Shown: positions 8,349-14,911, numbered from the stretch's first letter. The stretch: DNA of 16,401 bases from Candidatus Bathyarchaeum sp. (GCA_026014495.1 JAOZIF010000015.1:1-16401); one strand, 5' to 3'. Notes: generated by a model from the letters alone, not told the origin. Program-made: numbers and translations.

Positions 8349-8372
8349 GATCAAATCCCGCCCGAGGCTCCA
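8349..8372 (+). repeat. attR-like exact duplicate of the tRNA-Thr 3' 24 bp
   Basis: Identical to 6841-6864. Confidence 0.95.
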
Positions 8373-8589
8373 TTCTTAATCATTACTCTTTTTTGGATTT
8401 ATTTTACTAAAGACTGTGTTCATACGGATTAACAATAGAATTTATTGTAAGCAACTGCATCCTACAGATGATTAACATAAATCAAATAAAGAGAAACTAT
8501 CTCAAAGGAGTGACATTAAACAAACGTTCTAATGAACAAAAATTTTATACATTTCGATAATGATGTTTGGGTTCATCATCATTGATTCT

Positions 8590-8602
8590 AAAAACTTTTA
8601 AG
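8590..8602 (+). promoter_or_regulatory. BRE/TATA promoter of the 8624-9901 gene pair
   Basis: AAAAACTTTTAAG about 22-34 nt before the GTG/TTG start candidates (8624/8636), consistent with a leaderless archaeal transcript. Confidence 0.55.
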
Positions 8603-8623
8603 CCCATTTAAACAATCCATAAT

Positions 8624-9085
8624 GTGGGATTCAATTTGTCTAACAATTCAGAAAATGAGAATGAAAAAGAGCAAACTAGAGTTTCCGTTCGCATTGGAAA
8701 GTTTCAAGTTGAAGTCGAAGGCGATTACAAAAATCTCAAAGCTCTAATGGATGAAGAAGTCTTAGCGTTTATTGGAAAACTTCAGAAAGCTCTTGGAGAC
8801 TCACAAAATATGATAAGCCCAGAAGTAACCACTGAAGACACAAAAGATGAGGAAATTATTCCACCTTTGGGTCGACCATCAAGCACTTCGGATGCTCTTT
8901 CAAAGTTATTTGATACAGAATGGGGAAGCAAACCTAGACAATTAAGTGATGTAATGAATGCTTTAGAAGCAAATGGGGTTTATTACAAAAAACCTGTAGT
9001 TGCGAAAGTCCTTGTTGACCTTATAAAAAAGAAGGAACTTCGCAGACTTGGTTCTCGTGGTAGTTACCAATATGTCAAAGCTTAA
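8624..9085 (+). CDS. Hypothetical protein with a C-terminal winged-helix domain
   Basis: 153 aa; C-terminal KPRQLSDVMNALEANGVYYKKPVVAKVLVDLIKKKELRRLGSRGSYQY has a helix-helix-wing pattern; N-terminal beta-rich RVSVRIGKFQVEVEG segment. The start could be TTG 8636. Confidence 0.7.
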   Translation: MGFNLSNNSENENEKEQTRVSVRIGKFQVEVEGDYKNLKALMDEEVLAFIGKLQKALGDSQNMISPEVTTEDTKDEEIIPPLGRPSSTSDALSKLFDTEWGSKPRQLSDVMNALEANGVYYKKPVVAKVLVDLIKKKELRRLGSRGSYQYVKA

Positions 9086-9100
9086 CCGAGTGTCTTGTTC

Positions 9101-9901
9101 ATGGGTGAACGAACCCGAAACACCGGTAACGAAGCAGAAAACAAGGCTTGGGGATTTCTTCGCAATTTAGGCTACAACATAATTGAACTAAATAATGAAG
9201 AATATAACATAGATTGTTTTGCTGAATTTGTTCCTCGCATAACTAAGTTCAATCTAGTAAAACCTCGTTATTCTCCAGACGGACTAACTGCATTTGAAGT
9301 AACTGAAGAAACATTAACCGTTGCAAAAATAAACAATTTCAGAAATAAGATTGATAGATACAATGCGGACAATCCCGAGGACATAATAAACGGTGGAGTG
9401 TTATTAATCAATCAAAAGATTGGTATTACCCGAATGAATTCAATGCGAGAACAGAATATTTGGGGATGGGGATTCAATAGACAAAGGCTATATCAGGAGA
9501 AATTGAGAACATTTAATCAATGGAACGAAATTTACGGCAGAACTGAAGAAGTTATTGTGGATACAGCTATTTCGTATCTTCGTTGCTCAACTCCGCCTCC
9601 AACAAAAAGGGATAAGTTATTTTATATTTCCCTCTTTTTGGATGATAGTAATCATCGGCTATCAACGCGTAAGCTTGGAGAAACGATGAATGTTCTGAAA
9701 AGAGATTTTTTGCAACCCCTTTTAGATTTGGGAATTCTACCAATTAATATCCATTTTGAATGCCATTCGTTGGGAGGTAAAGGTGAACTCGAAGCTGACT
9801 TCAACAGTCAAATCATTGACGAATGGCGAAAAGAAGGAATCAACATTATGGCGCCAAAAAATGCGTTCAAAAACTATCGAACATTTGCTGCTATTGATTA
9901 A
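9101..9901 (+). CDS. PD-(D/E)xK restriction-endonuclease-like fold protein
   Basis: N-terminus GNEAENKAWGFLRNLGYNII...NIDCFA...AFEVT follows the Mrr/Hjc-like motif I-II-III order. ATG 9101 preferred over TTG 9095. Confidence 0.6.
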   Translation: MGERTRNTGNEAENKAWGFLRNLGYNIIELNNEEYNIDCFAEFVPRITKFNLVKPRYSPDGLTAFEVTEETLTVAKINNFRNKIDRYNADNPEDIINGGVLLINQKIGITRMNSMREQNIWGWGFNRQRLYQEKLRTFNQWNEIYGRTEEVIVDTAISYLRCSTPPPTKRDKLFYISLFLDDSNHRLSTRKLGETMNVLKRDFLQPLLDLGILPINIHFECHSLGGKGELEADFNSQIIDEWRKEGINIMAPKNAFKNYRTFAAID

Positions 9902-9902
9902 C

Positions 9903-10061
9903 TTAGAATTTGATTTCTCCTTTTTTGATTAGTTCTTTGACTTTCATTAGTGAGTATTGGACTGCGTGGCTTCTGTCTGCGAAGAATCCGTTTTTGACTT
10001 CTTCGTCTATCCATTTGAAAATTTCGGGTGTTATTGTAACCGTTAGTTTGACTTTTGCCAT
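9903..10061 (-). CDS. Ribbon-helix-helix (CopG/Arc/MetJ-like) protein, 52 aa; not in the ORF track
   Basis: Hand translation: MAKVKLTVTITPEIFKWIDEEVKNGFFADRSHAVQYSLMKVKELIKKGEIKF*; alternating beta-strand, helix, G-F-x-x-R-S turn, helix. Confidence 0.85.
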   Translation of the reverse strand: MAKVKLTVTITPEIFKWIDEEVKNGFFADRSHAVQYSLMKVKELIKKGEIKF

Positions 10062-10153
10062 TTTTTATCACGTTAGCCTATTAACGGTTATTTGTTTAGC
10101 CCTTACCCAATATTGTTAGATTTTATTAGGGAAAATATGTGAAAATAAGCAAA

Positions 10154-10178
10154 TGTTATATACTTTGCGGATATAACA
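10154..10178. promoter_or_regulatory. 8-bp inverted repeat overlapping a TATA-like box between the divergent RHH genes
   Basis: TGTTATAT-N9-ATATAACA. Confidence 0.55.
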
Positions 10179-10225
10179 ACTAGCAGCAAACCAAACACAG
10201 CCAACAAAAAATGGGTGAAAAAAAG

Positions 10226-10390
10226 ATGCCAGTTAAGGGTTATGATTCGGTGAATGTTCCGTCTGGGTTGTATCGGAAGGTTAGGGCGTTGATTAAGAGC
10301 CGAAGTGATTTGGGTTATAGAAGCGTTACCGAGTTTGTCGCAGAATCAATCCGAACCAAACTCGTAGAAATGGGCGAAACCGCACCCTAA
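10226..10390 (+). CDS. Ribbon-helix-helix protein, 54 aa; not in the ORF track
   Basis: MPVKGYDSVNVPSGLYRKVRALIKSRSDLGYRSVTEFVAESIRTKLVEMGETAP*; GY.SV.EFV hallmark; GGTGA RBS at 10214-10218 (alternative ATG 10211). Confidence 0.85.
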   Translation: MPVKGYDSVNVPSGLYRKVRALIKSRSDLGYRSVTEFVAESIRTKLVEMGETAP

Positions 10391-10405
10391 AGGAGATGAA
10401 CTGTG

Positions 10406-10531
10406 TTGCGCCTGTTTGGTAAAGCTGAGAGCCTCACAGCCAAAGAAGCAAAAAACTTTTACAACCAACTACTCAAACATGGAAGCCCAGAAAAGGCAGC
10501 CAAAAACATCGTAAAATTCTACAAAGGATAA
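10406..10531 (+). CDS. Small hypothetical protein, about 41 aa; not in the ORF track
   Basis: MRLFGKAESLTAKEAKNFYNQLLKHGSPEKAAKNIVKFYKG*; AGGAGA RBS right after the upstream stop; TTG 10406 or GTG 10403 start; packed in an apparent operon. Confidence 0.55.
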   Translation: MRLFGKAESLTAKEAKNFYNQLLKHGSPEKAAKNIVKFYKG

Positions 10532-10538
10532 ACCAACA

Positions 10539-10682
10539 ATGCCAAAAGACACCTACACCTGCCCCCACTGCGGATACAATCTACCCAAAAAAGATGCAAC
10601 AATCTCAGGATACAACTCACAAAACTCCCTGCAACACATACACTGCCCAAAATGCAAAAAAATAATCACCCACAACCCATAA
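10539..10682 (+). CDS. Small zinc-ribbon protein, 47 aa; not in the ORF track
   Basis: MPKDTYTCPHCGYNLPKKDATISGYNSQNSLQHIHCPKCKKIITHNP*; two CxxC pairs; starts 7 nt after the previous stop. Confidence 0.7.
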   Translation: MPKDTYTCPHCGYNLPKKDATISGYNSQNSLQHIHCPKCKKIITHNP

Positions 10683-10691
10683 AACAAAACC

Positions 10692-10832
10692 TGCCACACA
10701 AAAACTAATAGTTCACACGATCATGCCACATATTTGCAGTCTATTAGAATACAAATAGCAGTTCATTGTTGAAAACTAACTTTTTTCAAAAAACTTCCGC
10801 ACAGCACAACTTCTTTTCTAAAATTCACACAA
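10692..10832. repeat. Dispersed ~140-bp intergenic element, copy A
   Basis: First 84 nt are 77/84 identical to 13744-13827; 10742-10785 is 40/44 identical to 14822-14865. Confidence 0.9.
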
Positions 10833-10852
10833 ACTCACAAGAGGTTTACTAT

Positions 10853-11143
10853 CTATTTTGTCTGCAGCCATTTGACATTATTAAAACCATATTTTTTGAC
10901 AAGCGGCTCTACTATCTTTTGTGCACAGTTGTCGTCGGTTTCTATACAGACTACATCGTCGCTGACTCGAGAAAGCATTGCCGCGGCGGCTTTGTTGCAG
11001 CTCGTCTGTATCGCATAGCAGTCATCATCTGATTCACAAATTTCCCACGCATAATCGTCTTTACCAGCAACCAAGTTTTCTGTACAAATCAGTTGCCCAA
11101 CCTGCTTTAGACCATCTGCAGTTTTACAATAAATAAACACCAT
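10853..11143 (-). CDS. Cys-rich acidic hypothetical protein, 96 aa
   Basis: Start re-called at ATG 11143 (MVFIYCK...) because GGGGAG lies just upstream; the longer track start runs through a poly-T tract. Six Cys. Confidence 0.65.
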   Translation of the reverse strand: MVFIYCKTADGLKQVGQLICTENLVAGKDDYAWEICESDDDCYAIQTSCNKAAAAMLSRVSDDVVCIETDDNCAQKIVEPLVKKYGFNNVKWLQTK

Positions 11144-11208
11144 ACTCCCCCAGCTAAAAAAATAAAAAGAAAAAAAAAGGAACAAACTTAAGATTAGCCC
11201 GCTGCAAG

Positions 11209-11442
11209 TTACTGAAGTTCTTTCTTCATTTCTTGGAACTGCTCTTTTGTTATTTCTCCTTTGGCGTAGCGCTCTTTTAGCAACTCAATTGCTTTCCCGC
11301 TGTACTGCTGTGTTTGCGAAGTTGATACATGCGCTAAACAACTACTGTGCCTTGACGACGTTACGACATAATAGATTCCAACTGCAACCAGTATCATACA
11401 TATTGGTCCCCACATCATGAAACCCCAACCAAACCACATCAA
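11209..11442 (-). CDS. SHOCT domain-containing membrane protein
   Basis: Met/Trp/Gly-rich N-terminus, TM helix, AIELLKERYAKGEITKEQFQEMKKEL; GGAGGTGA RBS. Confidence 0.9.
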   Translation of the reverse strand: MMWFGWGFMMWGPICMILVAVGIYYVVTSSRHSSCLAHVSTSQTQQYSGKAIELLKERYAKGEITKEQFQEMKKELQ

Positions 11443-11472
11443 ACTATTTCACCTCCAAAAAAAGAGAGGAGG

Positions 11473-11793
11473 TTACCAGCCCCAGCATCCTCGTCCATAG
11501 CTACGTGGATAATAACCTGCATCAGGATAGTTGGGCGAATAATAGTAACCCTGAGGCGGTAACGGAGTCTCAGGTTGCACTGTGCCGGACTCAGGAACTG
11601 GCTGATATCCGTATGGTCCATAATATCCGTCGTAGCATCCTTCCCAGCCCCAATCGTTGGCGTTGTCCCTGTAAGGACCGTAATTATATCCGGTTGCTGG
11701 CGTGGTTGTGTAATGTGCGAAGGCTATTCCTGTTCCCAAAACACCTATGGCAACAAGTGCGACTCCTATTATGATTAATTTTGTTGTTTTCAT
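11473..11793 (-). CDS. Exported Gly/Tyr/Pro-rich low-complexity protein
   Basis: MKTTKLIIIG...GIAFA signal peptide; GWEGCYDGYYG and YGRGCWGW motifs; GGTGA RBS favours ATG 11793 over the track start at 11805. Confidence 0.7.
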   Translation of the reverse strand: MKTTKLIIIGVALVAIGVLGTGIAFAHYTTTPATGYNYGPYRDNANDWGWEGCYDGYYGPYGYQPVPESGTVQPETPLPPQGYYYSPNYPDAGYYPRSYGRGCWGW

Positions 11794-11805
11794 TTCAATC
11801 ACCAA

Positions 11806-11822
11806 CTATAACCCTGTTATAG
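11806..11822. promoter_or_regulatory. 7-bp inverted repeat near the transcription start of the 11793 gene
   Basis: CTATAAC-CCT-GTTATAG. Confidence 0.45.
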
Positions 11823-11842
11823 GCGTCTTAAGTAGGTTCACT

Positions 11843-11881
11843 GAAACAAAAACGAAACAACGATGAAACAGTTTTGAAACA
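11843..11881. promoter_or_regulatory. Four GAAACA direct repeats at exact 11-bp period (candidate operator array)
   Basis: GAAACA starts at 11843, 11854, 11865 and 11876, intergenic and upstream of the 11793/SHOCT genes. Confidence 0.75.
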
Positions 11882-11891
11882 ATTTTTACAC

Positions 11892-12494
11892 TCATTCTTC
11901 TTCAAAAGATTCTAAACCCTCTTTTATCAACAAGGGAACAAGCAACAAAGCAACAACTGGGTCTGCCCACCACCAACCAAAGAGACTATTTAATCCTAAA
12001 CCAACTAAAACGATAAGGTCTTGCAGGTCACAAACTAGGCTTTCATAGGCTTCAGCTCGTAATGCCCGGGAGCCTATTTGTTTTGCAATACGAGTTTTGT
12101 AAAAGAACAAAACAGTCATTAAAACTGCACTTGAAACTGTAATGAAAATGCCCACTGGACTCTCTTGGGGTGTACTAAAATAACCCAGCAATGTCGCAAC
12201 TGACTGAAACACAATAAACGCCGCAAGCAAAAAGAAAGTCAAACCAATTAGCCTTAGAGCTTTTTCCTCTGTTTCATTTTCTTGATTTTCTTTCTCCTTC
12301 CAAAACCGCCAAATCATTACTGCACCAGCAAACAATTCAATTATGCTATCTAAACCAAAAGCAAGCAAAGCCACACTGCCCGCAAGTAAAGCTGCCCAAA
12401 TTGCTATGGTGGCTTCAAAAACGTTCCAAATTTCCCCTATCCAAACAAGAAATAACGCTTTCTTTCGCAGACCAGAATCTGAAGTATCCACCAA
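11892..12494 (-). CDS. Cation diffusion facilitator-like (TMEM163-type) transporter, TM domain only
   Basis: 200 aa; WNVFEA...GSVALLAFGLDS.IE...ALRAEA...GWWWADP motifs; no cytoplasmic C-terminal domain. Confidence 0.85.
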   Translation of the reverse strand: MVDTSDSGLRKKALFLVWIGEIWNVFEATIAIWAALLAGSVALLAFGLDSIIELFAGAVMIWRFWKEKENQENETEEKALRLIGLTFFLLAAFIVFQSVATLLGYFSTPQESPVGIFITVSSAVLMTVLFFYKTRIAKQIGSRALRAEAYESLVCDLQDLIVLVGLGLNSLFGWWWADPVVALLLVPLLIKEGLESFEEE

Positions 12495-12557
12495 TTTTCA
12501 TCACAGAAAATCAAGTACTTTAAATTTCTACAACTGAACTATAATATGGATTAACCC

Positions 12558-13121
12558 TTGAAGAAACTTGCGTTTTTCTTAATTTTGTTCTTTGCCGCCA
12601 TTTTCATACTAGCAATCCTTTTGATAACAGGATTCATTTTAACCCCACCCACCTCAACCGAAACCGGATGGGCTGACAACATGTGGAGCTGCATGGGTGA
12701 TTGGATGAGCGGAAGCTACCCCGTCACAGACCCAGTGTTGAACATCTACGGAGTCTTGCTAATAATTATAGTCGCAATCGCAATCATCGGAATCGGTGGA
12801 TTGACATACTTCTATGTCTTTCCCGAAATCAGAACCCAAACCCAGCCCCCACAAACCCCCAACAACAGTAATCACAAAAACAATCAAAACCTGTCATCCT
12901 ATGAATCAGTTCTAAAAACCCTAAACGAAGACGAACGCAAAGTCGTAACTGTTCTAAAAAACCACAACGGAAAATATCTTCAAAAATACATCCGGCACGA
13001 AGCAGGACTCAGCAGACTCAAAACCCACAGAATACTGGCACGCTTTGCAGAACGCGGAATCGTAACCCTCCAAAAAACAGGCAACACCAACCAAGTAACA
13101 CTAGCAGAATGGCTCAAATAA
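12558..13121 (+). CDS. Membrane-anchored transcriptional regulator with C-terminal wHTH (COG2512-like)
   Basis: Two TM segments flanking a Met/Cys/Trp loop (NMWSCMGDWMSG); C-terminal LNEDERKVV...LQKYIRHEAGLSRLKTHRILARFAERGIV...GNTNQVTL. Confidence 0.85.
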   Translation: MKKLAFFLILFFAAIFILAILLITGFILTPPTSTETGWADNMWSCMGDWMSGSYPVTDPVLNIYGVLLIIIVAIAIIGIGGLTYFYVFPEIRTQTQPPQTPNNSNHKNNQNLSSYESVLKTLNEDERKVVTVLKNHNGKYLQKYIRHEAGLSRLKTHRILARFAERGIVTLQKTGNTNQVTLAEWLK

Positions 13122-13183
13122 ACCCAAAAATACGCACACATATCGTGTACAAAACAAGCACACAGTCAAATTACAAAATCAAG

Positions 13184-13429
13184 TTACCCCAGCAATTTGC
13201 TGCTTTCATATTGCACAAATTTTTTCTGTAACCATCCAAATAACGGCAAATTTGAAACAACAGATTTATACTGAAAAAACTTTGAAGCAACCACAATCCA
13301 AGATTCAAACCTGTAACCTGACATTTTTGCATACTCCAAAATTTCTCTAATAAACGGGTCATCCTTATCCACCAACTGACCTATCAGATACGACTTTAAC
13401 TCCTTGCCACTTTTGCAAATCAAAAACAT
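13184..13429 (-). CDS. Hypothetical protein or gene fragment, about 81 aa
   Basis: MFLICKSGKELKSYLIGQLVDKDDPFIREILEYAKMSGY... has protein-like composition; the track's upstream extension looks like skew-derived junk. No family recognised. Confidence 0.4.
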   Translation of the reverse strand: MFLICKSGKELKSYLIGQLVDKDDPFIREILEYAKMSGYRFESWIVVASKFFQYKSVVSNLPLFGWLQKKFVQYESSKLLG

Positions 13430-13522
13430 GCAACAGCTTTCCACACAAACATACAAGAAATTTAAACAACACAACAACACCACATACAAACGTAACAACT
13501 AGACAAAAAAGGCGGGAAACGA

Positions 13523-13717
13523 ATGAAAAAAAGCTCTGACAAAACCAAATACTGTCCAACATGTGGTTCAACTGACATTTTTTGGGCATCTGGGCTTCCT
13601 CAATTATGGTCTGTTTGGGAATGCAAAAAATGCGGCTACCGAGGCGCACTAGTGCTTGAAGACGGAGAGCTAGGAGCAAAACTCAAAGAAGAATGGAAGA
13701 AAAACCCCAACAAATAA
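13523..13717 (+). CDS. Small zinc-ribbon protein
   Basis: 64 aa; CPTCGS...WECKKCGYRG. Confidence 0.85.
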   Translation: MKKSSDKTKYCPTCGSTDIFWASGLPQLWSVWECKKCGYRGALVLEDGELGAKLKEEWKKNPNK

Positions 13718-13743
13718 CTTCACACTCCTTATAACGCGAAACA

Positions 13744-13882
13744 TGCCACACAAAACCTAATAGTTCACATGTTCGTGACACATATTTGTAGTCTATTAGA
13801 ATACTAATAGCAGTTCATTGTTGAAAAACAGGTTTTTTCAGAAAAACTTCAGCAAAGCACAACTTTTCCAAAATTCACACAA
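13744..13882. repeat. Dispersed ~140-bp intergenic element, copy B
   Basis: 77/84 identity to copy A over the first 84 nt; shared tail ...GCACAACTT...AAAATTCACACAA. Confidence 0.9.
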
Positions 13883-13930
13883 TCTTTCAAAAACAATCAC
13901 CCACGCAGCATACAGTTATACCGAAAAATA

Positions 13931-13981
13931 GTCAACATTTCTTGACCATGTACTGCTTATTTTTGGTCAATTTTTCTTGAC
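13931..13981. promoter_or_regulatory. Tandem palindromic operator candidates GTCAA-N6-TTGAC
   Basis: GTCAACATTTCTTGAC (13931-13946) and GTCAATTTTTCTTGAC (13966-13981): 14/16 identical, 35-bp period. Confidence 0.65.
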
Positions 13982-14030
13982 AAAAATGCTTTTCAATTTA
14001 TGTCACATAGTTATTATTGGGTCTAGTGTA

Positions 14031-14789
14031 ATGGCTAAATTGCTTTGCAGCGTTTTCTTGTTGCTTATTCTTGGCGTTGGAATGTTTTGTGTTGTTTTAG
14101 TGTCCGCAACTGATAGCGAAGCTCCCGTTTTGTTGGTTCCAGAATTTACTGCAAAGTTTGTTGTTGACTCTTACTACACGGAGCCAACTTACTCTATTGA
14201 CCCATTTACAGGAGAGAACATAACAACGGCGGGCTACCTTGTTGAAAAAGACTTCATAGAATTTAACATAACAACCCAGCATTTTACGCCCTACCTAGAC
14301 CAAGACGGCAACTGGGTCGCCATGTTTTACAACATCAAATTCAAAGGACACTACGAAGACGAATGGAAATACTACCCATACGACCCAAACAACAACTATC
14401 ACACCCCTTCGTATTCTGCTACGTTTAATGCCTCACAAACCAACTACACCACATTATCTGTACGTGTAAACGTTGCCCAGTCAGGAGGCATAAACTTGGG
14501 TGTTCCCGATGGTGGTCAGGTAGATTTTCAGGTGCAAGCACTAAAAGGCTACATTACCAAAGTTTACACGGGATCGTTTGGCTTGTTTTGGGCGGGAGGC
14601 GAGATGGACCATTACTACGTTTTTACAGGCGAAACCAGTAACTGGAGCAACACACAAACAGCAATTTTCGAAAAAAACGCTCAAACCATCCCCGAATTTC
14701 AACCATGGATACTTATACCCCTGCTTATTGGTGGAACAACAGTTGCAGCAATCCAAAAAAAGAAACTAACAAAAAAGGTCACCAAATAA
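14031..14789 (+). CDS. Exported surface protein with a PEF-CTERM-like sorting signal
   Basis: Signal peptide MAKLLCSVFLLLILGVG...SA (ATG 14031 preferred over 13977); C-terminal IPEF + hydrophobic helix + KKK basic tail; Tyr/Thr/Asn-rich beta body. Confidence 0.8.
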   Translation: MAKLLCSVFLLLILGVGMFCVVLVSATDSEAPVLLVPEFTAKFVVDSYYTEPTYSIDPFTGENITTAGYLVEKDFIEFNITTQHFTPYLDQDGNWVAMFYNIKFKGHYEDEWKYYPYDPNNNYHTPSYSATFNASQTNYTTLSVRVNVAQSGGINLGVPDGGQVDFQVQALKGYITKVYTGSFGLFWAGGEMDHYYVFTGETSNWSNTQTAIFEKNAQTIPEFQPWILIPLLIGGTTVAAIQKKKLTKKVTK

Positions 14790-14790
14790 C

Positions 14791-14911
14791 CCACACAAAA
14801 AATTCACCCTTCTGTGCGGCATATTAGGATACAAATAGAGGTACATTGTTGAAAACTAACTTTTTCTGAAAAATTCTGCACAGCACACATTTACTAAAAA
14901 AGTTCACACAA
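14791..14911. repeat. Dispersed intergenic element, copy C (5' part shortened and diverged)
   Basis: CCACACAAAA start, TATTAGGATACAAATAG...CATTGTTGAAAACTAACTTTTT core, GCACAGCACA and TTCACACAA end shared with copy A. Confidence 0.85.

Larger units (their letters stand above)
6841..8372. mobile_element. Small tRNA-integrated island bounded by exact 24-bp direct repeats, no integrase
   Basis: GATCAAATCCCGCCCGAGGCTCCA at 6841-6864 and 8349-8372; the 1484 bp between hold one ATPase gene and a repeat array. Confidence 0.85.

Noticed and set aside
8188-8373. 61-aa ORF on the minus strand
   Set aside because: It is a translation of the att repeat and the repeat array, with no RBS or family motif.
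8468-8560. 30-codon ORF MINI...FR
   Set aside because: Short and AT-rich, with no RBS or motif; chance is sufficient.
9910-10119. 69-aa plus-strand track ORF
   Set aside because: It is the antisense shadow of the RHH gene at 9903-10061(-).
10766-11032. 88-aa plus-strand ORF starting inside repeat copy A, and a coding role for the repeat
   Set aside because: The equivalent frame stops after six codons in copy C and shifts in copy B; the minus-strand ATG frame has a stop in copy B; the ORF also overlaps the 10853-11143 gene.
8174-11822. Shared regulator for the three TATAAC/GTTATA dyads (8174, 10154, 11806)
   Set aside because: Spacing and half-site orientation differ, and the half-site resembles a TATA box in AT-rich DNA, so the similarity is probably coincidental.
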